Notes: generated by a model from the letters alone, not told the origin. Counted from the stretch's first letter, positions 26,867 through 40,458 are shown. The stretch: DNA of 64,000 nucleotides from Eledone cirrhosa (GCA_964016885.1 OZ024743.1:178932001-178996000); one strand, 5' to 3'. Translations and numbers: made by a program.

Positions 26867-29800
26867 TCAGTAGTGGGTTGTTGGTGTTGTCTGTGGTGTG
26901 GTTGTTGGTGTTGTCTGTAGTGTGGTTGTTGGTGTTTTCAGTAGTGTGGTTGTTGGTGTTGTCAGTAGTGTGGTTGTTGGTGTTGTCAGTAGTGTGGTTG
27001 TTGGTGTTGTCAGTGGTGTTGTTGTTGGTGTTGTCAGTAGTGTGGTTGTTGGTGTTGTCAGTAGTGTGGTTGTTGGTGTTGACAGTGGTGTGGTTGTTGG
27101 TGTTGTCAGTGGTGTGGATGTTGGTGTTGTCAGTGGTGTGGTTGTTGGTGTTGTCAGTAGTGTGGTTGTTGGTGTTGTCAGTGGTGTGGCTGTTGGTGTT
27201 GTCAGTAGTGTGGTTGTTGGTGTTGTCAGTGGTGTGGTTGTTGGTGTTGTCTGTGGTGTGGTTGTTGGTGTTATCTGTGGTGTGGTTGTTGGTGTTGTCA
27301 GTGGTGTGGTTGTTGGTGTTGTCTGTGGTGTGGTTGTTGGTGTTGTCAGTGGTGTGGTTGTTGGTGTTGACAGTGGTGTGGTTGTTGGTGTTGTCTGTGG
27401 TGTGGTTGTTGGTGTTGTCAGTGGTGTGGTTGTTGGTGTTGTCAGTGGTGTGGTTGTTGGTGTTGTCAGTGGTGTGGATGTTGGTGTTGTCAGTAGTGTG
27501 GTTGTTGGTGTTGTCAGTGGTGTGGTTGTTGGTGTTGTCTGTGGTGTGGTTGTTGGTGTTGTCAGTGGTGTGGTTGTTGGTGTTGTCAGTGGTGTGGTTG
27601 TTGGTGTTGACAGTGGTGTGGTTGTTGGTGTTGTCTGTGGTGTGGTTGTTGGTGTTGTCAGTGGTGTGGTTGTTGGTGTTGTCAGTGGTGTGGTTGTTGG
27701 TGTTGACAGTGGTGTGGTTGTTGGTGTTGTCTGTGGTGTGGTTGTTGGTGTTGTCAGTGGTGTGGTTGTTGGTGTTGTCAGTGGTGTGGTTGTTGGTGTT
27801 GTCTGTGGTGTGGTTGTTGGTGTTGTCAGTGGTGTGGTTGTTGGTGTTGTCAGTGGTGTGGTTGTTGGTGTTGACAGTGGTGTGGTTGTTGGTGTTGTCT
27901 GTGGTGTGGTTGTTGGTGTTGTCAGTGGTGTGGTTGTTGGTGTTGTCAGTGGTGTGGTTGTTGGTGTTGTCTGTGGTGTGGTTGTTGGTGTTGTCAGTGG
28001 TGTGGTTGTTGGTGTTGTCAGTGGTGTGGTTGTTGGTGTTGACAGTGGTGTGGTTGTTGGTGTTGTCTGTGGTGTGGTTGTTGGTGTTGTCAGTGGTGTG
28101 GTTGTTGGTGTTGTCAGTGGTGTGGTTGTTGGTGTTGACAGTGGTGTGGTTGTTGGTGTTGTCTGTGGTGTGGTTGTTGGTGTTGTCAGTGGTGTGGTTG
28201 TTGGTGTTGTCAGTGGTGTGGTTGTTGGTGTTGTCTGTGGTGTGGTTGTTGGTGTTGTCAGTGGTGTGGTTGTTGGTGTTGTCAGTGGTGTGGTTGTTGG
28301 TGTTGACAGTGGTGTGGTTGTTGGTGTTGTCTGTGGTGTGGTTGTTGGTGTTGTCAGTGGTGTGGTTGTTGGTGTTGTCAGTGGTGTGGTTGTTGGTGTT
28401 GACAGTGGTGTGGTTGTTGGTGTTGTCTGTGGTGTGGCTGTTGGTGTTGTCAGTGGTGTGGTTGTTGGTGTTGTCAGTGGTGTGGTTGTTGGTATTGTCA
28501 GTGGTGTGGTTGTTGGTGTTGTCAGTGGTGTGGTTGTTGGTGTTGTCTGTGGTGTGGTTGTTGGTGTTGTCAGTGGTGTGGTTGTTGGTGTTGTCTGTGG
28601 TGTGGTTGTTGGTGTTGTCAGTGGTGTGGTTGTTGATGTTGTCAGTGGTGTGGTTGTTGGTGTTGACAGTGGTGTGGTTGTTGGTGTTGACAGTGGTGTG
28701 GTTGTTGGTGTTGTCAGTGGTGTGGTTGTTGGTGTTGACAGTGGTGTGGTTGTTGGTGTTGTCTGTGGTGTGGTTGTTGGTGTTGTCTGTGGTGTGGTTG
28801 TTGGTGTTGTCAGTGGTGTGGTTGTTGGTGTTGACAGTGGTGTGGTTGTTGGTGTTGTCAGTGGTGTGGTTGTTGGTGTTGTCAGTGGTGTGGTTGTTGG
28901 TGTTGTCAGTGGTGTGGTTGTTGGTGTTGACAGTGGTGTGGTTGTTGGTGTTGTCAGTGGTGTGGTTGTTGGTGTTGTCAGTGGTGTGGTTGTTGGTGTT
29001 GTCAGTGGTGTGGTTGTTGGTGTTGTCAGTGGTGTGGTTGTTGGTGTTGTCAGTGGTGTGGTAGTTGGTGTTGTCAGTGGTGTGGTTGTTGGTGTTGACA
29101 GTGGTGTGGTTGTTGGTGTTGTCAGTGGTGTGGTTGTTGGTGTTGTCAGTGGTGTGGTTGTTGGTGTTGTCAGTGGTGTGGTTGTTGGTGTTGTCAGTGG
29201 TGTGGTTGTTGGTGTTGTCAGTGGTGTGGTTGTTGGTGTTGTCAGTGGTGTGGTTGTTGGTGTTGACAGTGGTGTGGTTGTTGGTGTTGTCAGTGGTGTG
29301 GTTGTTGGTGTTGTCAGTGGTGTGGTTGTTGGTGTTGTCAGTGGTGTGGTTGTTGGTGTTGTCAGTGGTGTGGTTGTTGGTGTTGTCAGTGGTGTGGTTG
29401 TTGGTGTTGTCAGTGGTGTGGTTGTTGGTGTTGACAGTGGTGTGGTTGTTGGTGTTGTCAGTGGTGTGGTTGTTGGTGTTGTCAGTGGTGTGGTTGTTGG
29501 TGTTGTCAGTGGTGTGGTTGTTGGTGTTGACAGTGGTGTGGTTGTTGGTGTTGTCAGTGGTGTGGTTGTTGGTGTTGTCAGTGGTGTGGTTGTTGGTGTT
29601 GTCAGTGGTGTGGTTGTTGGTGTTGTCAGTGGTGTGGTTGTTGGTGTTGTCAGTGGTGTGGTTGTTGGTGTTGACAGTGGTGTGGTTGTTGGTGTTGTCT
29701 GTGGTGTGGTTGTTGGTGTTGTCTGTGGTGTGGTTGTTGGTGTTGTCAGTGGTGTGGTTGTTGGTGTTGTCTGTGGTGTGGTTGTTGGTGTTGTCAGTGG

Positions 29801-32800
29801 TGTGGTTGTTGATGTTGTCAGTGGTGTGGTTGTTGGTGTTGACAGTGGTGTGGTTGTTGGTGTTGTCTGTGGTGTGGTTGTTGGTGTTGTCAGTAGAGTG
29901 GTTGTTGGTGTTGTCAGTAGTGTGGTTGTTGGTGTTGTCAGTAGTGTGGTTGTTGGTGTTGTCAGTGGTGTTGTTGTTGGTGTTGTCAGTAGTGTGGTTG
30001 TTGGTGTTGTCAGTGGTGTGGTTGTTGGATTTGTCAGTGGTGTGGTTGTTGGTGTTGGCAGTGGTGTTGTTGTTGGTGTTGTCAGTAGTGTGGTTGTTGG
30101 TGATGTCAGTCGTGTGGTTGTTGGTGTTGTCAGTGGTGTGGTTGTTGGTGTTGTCTGTGGTGTGGTTGTTGGTGTTGTCAGTAGTGTGGTTGTTGGTGTT
30201 GTCAGTGGTGTGGTTGTTGGTGTTGTCAGTGGTGTGGTTGTTGGTGTTGTCAGTAGTGTGGTTGTTGGTGTTTTCAGTAGTGTGGTTGTTGGTGTTGTCA
30301 GTGGTGTGGTTGTTGGTGTTGTCAGTGGTGTGGTTGTTGGATTTGTCAGTGGTGTGGTTGTTGGTGTTGGCAGTGGTTTTGTTGTTGGTGTTGTCAGTGG
30401 TGTGGTTGTTGGATTTGTCAGTGGTGTGGTTGTTGGTGTTGGCAGTGGTTTTGTTGTTGGTGTTGTCAGTGGTGTGGTTGTTGGTGTTGTCAGTAGTGTG
30501 GTTGTTGGTGTTGGCAGTGGTGTGGTTGTTGGATTTGTCAGTGGTGTGGTTGTTGGTGTTGTCAGTGGTGTGGTTGTTGGTGTTGTCTGTGGTGTGGTTG
30601 TTGCTGTTGTCAGTGGTGTGGTTGTTGGTGTTGTCAGTAGTGTGGTTGTTGGTGTTGTCAGTGGTGTGGTTGTTGGTGTTGTCACTGGTGTGGTTGTTGT
30701 CAGTGGTGTGGTTGTTGGTGTTGTCTGTTTTGTGGTTGTTGGTGTTGGCAGTGGTGTGGTTGTTGGTGTTGTCTGTTTTGTGGTTGTTGGTGTTGTCAGT
30801 GGTGTGGTTGTTGGTGTTGTCACTGGTGTGGTTGTTGGTGTTGTCAGTGGTGTGGTTGTTGGTGTTGTCAGTGGTGTGGTTGTTGGTGTTGTCTGTTTTG
30901 TGGTTGTTGGTGTTGTCAGTGGTGTGGTTGTTGGTGTTGTCACTGGTGTGGTTGTTGGTGTTGTCAGTGGTGTGGTTGTTGGTGTTGTCACTGGTGTGGT
31001 TGTTGGTGTTGTCAGTGGTGTGGTTGTTGGTGTTGTCAGTGGTGTGGTTGTTGGTGTTGTCAGTTGTGTGGTTGTTGGTGTTGTCAGTGGTGTGGTTGTT
31101 GGTGTTGTCACTGGTGTGGTTGTTGTCAGTGGTGTGGTTGTTGGTGTTGTCAGTGGTGTGGTTGTTGGTGTTGTCTGTTTTGTGGTTGTTGGTGTTGGCA
31201 GTGGTGTGGTTGTTGGTGTTGTCTGTTTTGTGGTTGTTGGTGTTGTCAGTGGTGTGGTTGTTGGTGTTGTCACTGGTGTGGTTGTTGTCAGTAGTGTGGA
31301 TGTTGGTGTTGTCAGTGGTGTGGTTGTTGGTGTTGTCTGTTTTGTGGTTGTTGGTGTTGTCAGTGGTGTGGTTGTTGGTGTTGTCTGTTTTGTGGTTGTT
31401 GGTGTTGTCAGTGGTGTGGTTGTTGGTGTTGTCACTGGTGTGGTTGTTGGTGTTGTCAGTGGTGTGGTTGTTGGTGTTGTCAGTGGTGTGGTTGTTGGTG
31501 TTGTCTGTTTTGTGGTTGTTGGTGTTGTCTGTGGTGTGGTTGTTGGTGTTGTCAGTAGTGTGGTTGTTGGTGTTGTCAGTGGTGTGGCTGTTGGTGTTGT
31601 CAGTAGTGTGGTTGTTGGTGTTGTCTGTTTTGTGGTTGTTGGTGTTGTCAGTGGTGTGGTTGTTGGTGTTGTCTGTTTTGTGGTTGTTGGTGTTGTCTGT
31701 TTTGTGTTTGTTGGTGTTGTCTGTGGTGTGGTTGTTGGTGTTGTCAGTGGTGCGGTTGTTGTTGTTGTCTGTGGTGTGATTGTTGGTGTTGTCAGTAGTG
31801 TGGTTGTTGGTGTTGTCAGTGGTGTGGTTGTTGGTGTTGTCAGTGGTGTGGTTGTTGGTGTTGTCTGTTTTGTGGTTGTTGGTGTTGTCAGTGGTGTGGT
31901 TGTTGGTGTTGTCTGTTTTGTGGTTGTTGGTGTTGTCTGTTTTGTGTTTGTTGGTGTTGTCTGTGGTGTGGTTGTTGGTGTTGTCAGTGGTGCGGTTGTT
32001 GTTGTTGTCTGTGGTGTGATTGTTGGTGTTGTCAGTAGTGTGGTTGTTGGTGTTGTCAGTGGTGTGGTTGTTGGTGTTGTCAGTGGTGTGGTTGTTGGTG
32101 TTGTCAGTGGTGTGGTTGTTGGTGTTGTCTGTTTTGTGGTTGTTGGTGTTGTCTGTGGTGTGGTTGTTGGTGTTGTCTGTGGTGTGGTTGTTGGTGTTGT
32201 AAGTGGTGTGGTTGTTGGTGTTGTCAGTAGTGTGGTTGTTGGTGTTGTCAGTAGTGTGGTTGTTGGTGTTGTCTGTTTTGTGGTTGTTGGTGTTGTCTGT
32301 GGTGTGGTTGTTGGTGTTGTCAGTGGTGTGGTTGTTGGTGTTGTCAGTAGTGTGGTTGTTGGTGTTGTTGGTAGTGTGGTTGTTGGTGTTGTCAGTGGTG
32401 TGGTTGTTGGTGTTGTCTGTTTTGTGGTTGTTGGTATTGTCAGTGGTGTGGCTGTTGGTGTTGTCAGTAGTGTGGTTGTTGGTGTTGTCAGTGGTGTGGT
32501 TGTTGGTGTTGTCTGTGGTGTGGTTGTTGGTGATGTCAGTAGTGTGGTTGTTGGTGTTGTCAGTGGTGTGGTTGTTGGTGTTGTCAGTAGTGTGGTTGTT
32601 GGTGTTGACAGTGGTGTGGTTGTTGGTGTTGTCTGTGGTGTGGTTGTTGGTGTTGTCAGTAGTGTGGCTGTTGGTGTTGTCAATGGTGTGGTTGTTGGTG
32701 TTGTCAGTGGTGTGGTTGTTGGTGTTGTCAGTGGTGTGGTTGTTGGTGTTGACAGTGGTGTGGTTGTTGGTGTTGTCAGTGGTGTGGCTGTTGGTGTTGT

Positions 32801-33320
32801 CTGTGGTGTGGTTGTTGGTGTTGTCAGAGGTGTGGTTGTTGGTGTTGTCAATGGTGTGGTTGTTGGTGTTGTCAGTGGTGTGGTTGTTGGTGTTGTCAGT
32901 GGTGTGGTTGTTGGTGTTGACAGTGGTGTGGTTGTTGGTGTTGTCAGTGGTGTGGCTGTTGGTGTTGTCAATGGTGTGGTTGTTGGTGTTGTCAGTGGTG
33001 TGGTTGTTGGTGTTGTCAGTGGTGTGGTTGTTGGTGTTGACAGGTGTGTGGTTGTTGGTGTTGTCAGTGGTGTGGCTGTTGGTGTTGTCTGTGGTGTGGT
33101 TGTTGGTGTTGTCAGTGGTGTGGTTGTTGGTGTTGTCAGTGGTGTGGCTGTTGGTGTTGTCTGTGGTGTGGTTGTTGGTGTTGTCAGTGGTGTGGTTGTT
33201 GGTGTTGTCAGTAGTGTGGTTGTTGGTGTTGTCAGTGGTGTGGTTGTTGGTGTTGACAGTAGTGTGGTTGTTTGTGTTGTCAGTAGTGTGGCTGTTGGTG
33301 TTGTCAGTGGTGTGGATGTT
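26867..33320 (-). CDS. Thr/Pro-rich mucin-like reading frame segment (higher-order copy)
   Basis: Track ORF 26867..32971 extends to the deletion at ~33320 and ends TTPTTHY* after the shared frameshift at ~26875. Confidence 0.25.
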
Positions 33321-33422
33321 GTGTTGTCAGTGGTGTGGTTGTTGCTGTTGTCAGTAGTGTGGTTGTTGGTGTTGTCAGTGGTGTGGTTGTTGGTGTTGTC
33401 AGTAGTGTGGTTGTTGGTGTTG

Positions 33423-36400
33423 TCAGTAGTGGGTTGTTGGTGTTGTCTGTGGTGTGGTTGTTGGTGTTGTCTGTAGTGTGGTTGTTGGTGTTTTCAGTAG
33501 TGTGGTTGTTGGTGTTGTCAGTAGTGTGGTTGTTGGTGTTGTCAGTAGTGTGGTTGTTGGTGTTGTCAGTGGTGTTGTTGTTGGTGTTGTCAGTAGTGTG
33601 GTTGTTGGTGTTGTCAGTAGTGTGGTTGTTGGTGTTGACAGTGGTGTGGTTGTTGGTGTTGTCAGTGGTGTGGCTGTTGGTGTTGTCAGTGGTGTGGTTG
33701 TTGGTGTTGTCAGTAGTGTGGTTGTTGGTGTTGTCAGTGGTGTGGCTGTTGGTGTTGTCAGTAGTGTGGTTGTTGGTGTTGTCAGTGGTGTGGTTGTTGG
33801 TGTTGTCTGTGGTGTGGTTGTTGGTGTTATCTGTGGTGTGGTTGTTGGTGTTGTCAGTGGTGTGGTTGTTGGTGTTGTCTGTGGTGTGGTTGTTGGTGTT
33901 GTCAGTGGTGTGGTTGTTGGTGTTGACAGTGGTGTGATTGTTGGTGTTGTCTGTGGTGTGGTTGTTGGTGTTGTCAGTGGTGTGGTTGTTGGTGTTGTCA
34001 GTGGTGTGGTTGTTGGTGTTGTCAGTGGTGTGGATGTTGGTGTTGTCAGTAGTGTGGTTGTTGGTGTTGTCAGTGGTGTGGTTGTTGGTGTTGTCTGTGG
34101 TGTGGTTGTTGGTGTTGTCAGTGGTGTGGTTGTTGGTGTTGTCAGTGGTGTGGTTGTTGGTGTTGACAGTGGTGTGGTTGTTGGTGTTGTCTGTGGTGTG
34201 GTTGTTGGTGTTGTCAGTGGTGTGGTTGTTGGTGTTGTCAGTGGTGTGGTTGTTGGTGTTGACAGTGGTGTGGTTGTTGGTGTTGTCTGTGGTGTGGTTG
34301 TTGGTGTTGTCAGTGGTGTGGTTGTTGGTGTTGTCAGTGGTGTGGTTGTTGGTGTTGTCTGTGGTGTGGTTGTTGGTGTTGTCAGTGGTGTGGTTGTTGG
34401 TGTTGTCAGTGGTGTGGTTGTTGGTGTTGACAGTGGTGTGGTTGTTGGTGTTGTCTGTGGTGTGGTTGTTGGTGTTGTCAGTGGTGTGGTTGTTGGTGTT
34501 GTCAGTGGTGTGGTTGTTGGTGTTGTCTGTGGTGTGGTTGTTGGTGTTGTCAGTGGTGTGGTTGTTGGTGTTGTCAGTGGTGTGGTTGTTGGTGTTGACA
34601 GTGGTGTGGTTGTTGGTGTTGTCTGTGGTGTGGTTGTTGGTGTTGTCAGTGGTGTGGTTGTTGGTGTTGTCAGTGGTGTGGTTGTTGGTGTTGACAGTGG
34701 TGTGGTTGTTGGTGTTGTCTGTGGTGTGGTTGTTGGTGTTGTCAGTGGTGTGGTTGTTGGTGTTGTCAGTGGTGTGGTTGTTGGTGTTGTCTGTGGTGTG
34801 GTTGTTGGTGTTGTCAGTGGTGTGGTTGTTGGTGTTGTCAGTGGTGTGGTTGTTGGTGTTGACAGTGGTGTGGTTGTTGGTGTTGTCTGTGGTGTGGTTG
34901 TTGGTGTTGTCAGTGGTGTGGTTGTTGGTGTTGTCAGTGGTGTGGTTGTTGGTGTTGACAGTGGTGTGGTTGTTGGTGTTGTCTGTGGTGTGGCTGTTGG
35001 TGTTGTCAGTGGTGTGGTTGTTGGTGTTGTCTGTGGTGTGGTTGTTGGTGTTGTCAGTGGTGTGGTTGTTGGTGTTGTCTGTGGTGTGGTTGTTGGTGTT
35101 GTCAGTGGTGTGGTTGTTGATGTTGTCAGTGGTGTGGTTGTTGGTGTTGACAGTGGTGTGGTTGTTGGTGTTGTCAGTGGTGTGGTTGTTGGTGTTGACA
35201 GTGGTGTGGTTGTTGGTGTTGTCTGTGGTGTGGTTGTTGGTGTTGTCTGTGGTGTGGTTGTTGGTGTTGTCAGTGGTGTGGTTGTTGGTGTTGACAGTGG
35301 TGTGGTTGTTGGTGTTGTCAGTGGTGTGGTTGTTGGTGTTGTCAGTGGTGTGGTTGTTGGTGTTGTCAGTGGTGTGGTTGTTGGTGTTGACAGTGGTGTG
35401 GTTGTTGGTGTTGTCAGTGGTGTGGTTGTTGGTGTTGTCAGTGGTGTGGTTGTTGGTGTTGTCAGTGGTGTGGTTGTTGGTGTTGTCAGTGGTGTGGTTG
35501 TTGGTGTTGTCAGTGGTGTGGTTGTTGGTGTTGTCAGTGGTGTGGTTGTTGGTGTTGACAGTGGTGTGGTTGTTGGTGTTGTCAGTGGTGTGGTTGTTGG
35601 TGTTGTCAGTGGTGTGGTTGTTGGTGTTGTCAGTGTTGTGGTTGTTGGTGTTGTCAGTGGTGTGGTTGTTGGTGTTGTCAGTGGTGTGGTTGTTGGTGTT
35701 GTCAGTGGTGTGGTTGTTGGTGTTGACAGTGGTGTGGTTGTTGGTGTTGTCAGTGGTGTGGTTGTTGGTGTTGTCAGTGGTGTGGTTGTTGGTGTTGTCA
35801 GTGGTGTGGTTGTTGGTGTTGTCAGTGGTGTGGTTGTTGGTGTTGACAGTGGTGTGGTTGTTGGTGTTGTCAGTGGTGTGGTTGTTGGTGTTGACAGTGG
35901 TGTGGTTGTTGGTGTTGTCAGTGGTGTGGTTGTTGGTGTTGTCAGTGGTGTGGTTGTTGGTGTTGTCAGTGGTGTGGTTGTTGGTGTTGACAGTGGTGTG
36001 GTTGTTGGTGTTGTCAGTGGTGTGGTTGTTGGTGTTGTCAGTGGTGTGGTTGTTGGTGTTGTCAGTGGTGTGGTTGTTGGTGTTGTCAGTGGTGTGGTTG
36101 TTGGTGTTGTCAGTGGTGTGGTTGTTGGTGTTGACAGTGGTGTGGTTGTTGGTGTTGTCTGTGGTGTGGTTGTTGGTGTTGTCTGTGGTGTGGTTGTTGG
36201 TGTTGTCAGTGGTGTGGTTGTTGGTGTTGTCTGTGGTGTGGTTGTTGGTGTTGTCAGTGGTGTGGTTGTTGATGTTGTCAGTGGTGTGGTTGTTGGTGTT
36301 GACAGTGGTGTGGTTGTTGGTGTTGTCTGTGGTGTGGTTGTTGGTGTTGTCAGTAGAGTGGTTGTTGGTGTTGTCAGTAGTGTGGTTGTTGGTGTTGTCA

Positions 36401-39400
36401 GTAGTGTGGTTGTTGGTGTTGTCAGTGGTGTTGTTGTTGGTGTTGTCAGTAGTGTGGTTGTTGGTGTTGTCAGTGGTGTGGTTGTTGGATTTGTCAGTGG
36501 TGTGGTTGTTGGTGTTGGCAGTGGTGTTGTTGTTGGTGTTGTCAGTAGTGTGGTTGTTGGTGATGTCAGTCGTGTGGTTGTTGGTGTTGTCAGTGGTGTG
36601 GTTGTTGGTGTTGTCTGTGGTGTGGTTGTTGGTGTTGTCAGTAGTGTGGTTGTTGGTGTTGTCAGTGGTGTGGTTGTTGGTGTTGTCAGTGGTGTGGTTG
36701 TTGGTGTTGTCAGTAGTGTGGTTGTTGGTGTTTTCAGTAGTGTGGTTGTTGGTGTTGTCAGTGGTGTGGTTGTTGGTGTTGTCAGTGGTGTGGTTGTTGG
36801 ATTTGTCAGTGGTGTGGTTGTTGGTGTTGGCAGTGGTTTTGTTGTTGGTGTTGTCAGTGGTGTGGTTGTTGGATTTGTCAGTGGTGTGGTTGTTGGTGTT
36901 GGCAGTGGTTTTGTTGTTGGTGTTGTCAGTGGTGTGGTTGTTGGTGTTGTCAGTAGTGTGGTTGTTGGTGTTGGCAGTGGTGTGGTTGTTGGATTTGTCA
37001 GTGGTGTGGTTGTTGGTGTTGTCAGTGGTGTGGTTGTTGGTGTTGTCTGTGGTGTGGTTGTTGCTGTTGTCAGTGGTGTGGTTGTTGGTGTTGTCAGTAG
37101 TGTGGTTGTTGGTGTTGTCAGTGGTGTGGTTGTTGGTGTTGTCACTGGTGTGGTTGTTGTCAGTGGTGTGGTTGTTGGTGTTGTCAGTGGTGTGGTTGTT
37201 GGTGTTGTCTGTTTTGTGGTTGTTGGTGTTGGCAGTGGTGTGGTTGTTGGTGTTGTCTGTTTTGTGGTTGTTGGTGTTGTCAGTGGTGTGGTTGTTGGTG
37301 TTGTCACTGGTGTGGTTGTTGGTGATGTCAGTGGTGTGGTTGTTGGTGTTGTCAGTGGTGTGGTTGTTGGTGTTGTCTGTTTTGTGGTTGTTGGTGTTGT
37401 CAGTGGTGTGGTTGTTGGTGTTGTCACTGGTGTGGTTGTTGGTGTTGTCAGTGGTGTGGTTGTTGGTGTTGTCACTGGTGTGGTTGTTGGTGTTGTCAGT
37501 GGTGTGGTTGTTGGTGTTGTCAGTGGTGTGGTTGTTGGTGTTGTCAGTTGTGTGGTTGTTGGTGTTGTCAGTGGTGTGGTTGTTGGTGTTGTCACTGGTG
37601 TGGTTGTTGTCAGTGGTGTGGTTGTTGGTGTTGTCAGTGGTGTGGTTGTTGGTGTTGTCTGTTTTGTGGTTGTTGGTGTTGGCAGTGGTGTGGTTGTTGG
37701 TGTTGTCTGTTTTGTGGTTGTTGGTGTTGTCAGTGGTGTGGTTGTTGGTGTTGTCACTGGTGTGGTTGTTGTCAGTAGTGTGGATGTTGGTGTTGTCAGT
37801 GGTGTGGTTGTTGGTGTTGTCTGTTTTGTGGTTGTTGGTGTTGTCAGTGGTGTGGTTGTTGGTGTTGTCTGTTTTGTGGTTGTTGGTGTTGTCAGTGGTG
37901 TGGTTGTTGGTGTTGTCACTGGTGTGGTTGTTGGTGTTGTCAGTGGTGTGGTTGTTGGTGTTGTCAGTGGTGTGGTTGTTGGTGTTGTCTGTTTTGTGGT
38001 TGTTGGTGTTGTCTGTGGTGTGGTTGTTGGTGTTGTCAGTAGTGTGGTTGTTGGTGTTGTCAGTGGTGTGGCTGTTGGTGTTGTCAGTAGTGTGGTTGTT
38101 GGTGTTGTCTGTTTTGTGGTTGTTGGTGTTGTCAGTGGTGTGGTTGTTGGTGTTGTCTGTTTTGTGGTTGTTGGTGTTGTCTGTTTTGTGTTTGTTGGTG
38201 TTGTCTGTGGTGTGGTTGTTGGTGTTGTCAGTGGTGCGGTTGTTGTTGTTGTCTGTGGTGTGATTGTTGGTGTTGTCAGTAGTGTGGTTGTTGGTGTTGT
38301 CAGTGGTGTGGTTGTTGGTGTTGTCAGTGGTGTGGTTGTTGGTGTTGTCTGTTTTGTGGTTGTTGGTGTTGTCAGTGGTGTGGTTGTTGGTGTTGTCTGT
38401 TTTGTGGTTGTTGGTGTTGTCTGTTTTGTGTTTGTTGGTGTTGTCTGTGGTGTGGTTGTTGGTGTTGTCAGTGGTGCGGTTGTTGTTGTTGTCTGTGGTG
38501 TGATTGTTGGTGTTGTCAGTAGTGTGGTTGTTGGTGTTGTCAGTGGTGTGGTTGTTGGTGTTGTCAGTGGTGTGGTTGTTGGTGTTGTCAGTGGTGTGGT
38601 TGTTGGTGTTGTCTGTTTTGTGGTTGTTGGTGTTGTCTGTGGTGTGGTTGTTGGTGTTGTCTGTGGTGTGGTTGTTGGTGTTGTAAGTGGTGTGGTTGTT
38701 GGTGTTGTCAGTAGTGTGGTTGTTGGTGTTGTCAGTAGTGTGGTTGTTGGTGTTGTCTGTTTTGTGGTTGTTGGTGTTGTCTGTGGTGTGGTTGTTGGTG
38801 TTGTCAGTGGTGTGGTTGTTGGTGTTGTCAGTAGTGTGGTTGTTGGTGTTGTTGGTAGTGTGGTTGTTGGTGTTGTCAGTGGTGTGGTTGTTGGTGTTGT
38901 CTGTTTTGTGGTTGTTGGTATTGTCAGTGGTGTGGCTGTTGGTGTTGTCAGTAGTGTGGTTGTTGGTGTTGTCAGTGGTGTGGTTGTTGGTGTTGTCTGT
39001 GGTGTGGTTGTTGGTGTTGTCAGTAGTGTGGTTGTTGGTGTTGTCAGTGGTGTGGTTGTTGGTGTTGTCAGTAGTGTGGTTGTTGGTGTTGACAGTGGTG
39101 TGGTTGTTGGTGTTGTCTGTGGTGTGGTTGTTGGTGTTGTCAGTAGTGTGGCTGTTGGTGTTGTCAATGGTGTGGTTGTTGGTGTTGTCAGTGGTGTGGT
39201 TGTTGGTGTTGTCAGTGGTGTGGTTGTTGGTGTTGACAGTGGTGTGGTTGTTGGTGTTGTCAGTGGTGTGGCTGTTGGTGTTGTCTGTGGTGTGGTTGTT
39301 GGTGTTGTCAGTGGTGTGGTTGTTGGTGTTGTCAATGGTGTGGTTGTTGGTGTTGTCAGTGGTGTGGTTGTTGGTGTTGTCAGTGGTGTGGTTGTTGGTG

Positions 39401-39804
39401 TTGACAGTGGTGTGGTTGTTGGTGTTGTCAGTGGTGTGGCTGTTGGTGTTGTCAATGGTGTGGTTGTTGGTGTTGTCAGTGGTGTGGTTGTTGGTGTTGT
39501 CAGTGGTGTGGTTGTTGGTGTTGACAGGTGTGTGGTTGTTGGTGTTGTCAGTGGTGTGGCTGTTGGTGTTGTCTGTGGTGTGGTTGTTGGTGTTGTCAGT
39601 GGTGTGGTTGTTGGTGTTGTCAGTGGTGTGGCTGTTGGTGTTGTCTGTGGTGTGGTTGTTGGTGTTGTCAGTGGTGTGGTTGTTGGTGTTGTCAGTAGTG
39701 TGGTTGTTGGTGTTGTCAGTGGTGTGGTTGTTGGTGTTGACAGTAGTGTGGTTGTTTGTGTTGTCAGTAGTGTGGCTGTTGGTGTTGTCAGTGGTGTGGA
39801 TGTT
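33423..39804 (-). CDS. Thr/Pro-rich mucin-like reading frame segment (higher-order copy)
   Basis: Track ORF 33423..39455 extends to the deletion at ~39805. Its translation is near-identical to that of 26867..32971. Confidence 0.25.
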
Positions 39805-40458
39805 GTGTTGTCAGTGGTGTGGTTGTTGGTGTTGTCAGTAGTGTGGTTGTTGGTGTTGTCAGTGGTGTGGTTGTTGGTGTTGTCAGTGGTGTGGTTGTTG
39901 GTGTTGTCAGTGGTGTGGTTGTTGGTGTTGTCAGTAGTGTGGTTGTTGGTGTTGTCAGTGGTGTGGTTGATGGTGTTGTCAGTGGTGTGGTTGTTGGTGT
40001 TGTCAGTGGTGTGGTTGTTGGTGTTGTCAGTGGTGTGGTTGTTGGTGTTGTCAGTAGTGTGGTTGTTGGTGTTGTCAGTGGTGTGGTTGTTGGTGTTGTC
40101 AGTAGTGTGGTTGTTGGTGTTGTCTGTGGTGTGGTTGTTGGTGTTGTCAGTAGTGTGGTTGTTGGTGTTGTCAGTGGTGTGGTTGTTGGTGTTGTCAGTG
40201 GTGTGGTTGTTGATGTTGTCAGTGGTGTGGTTGTTGCTGTTGTCAGTAGTGTGGTTGTTGGTGTTGTCAGTGGTGTGGTTGTTGGTGTTGTCAGTAGTGT
40301 GGTTGTTGGTGTTGTCAGTGGTGTGGTTGTTGGTGTTGTCAGTGGTGTGGTTGTTGGTGTTGTCAGTGGTGTGGTTGTTGCTGTTGTCAGTAGTGTGGTT
40401 GTTGGTGTTGTCAGTGGTGTGGTTGTTGGTGTTGTCAGTAGTGTGGTTGTTGGTGTTG

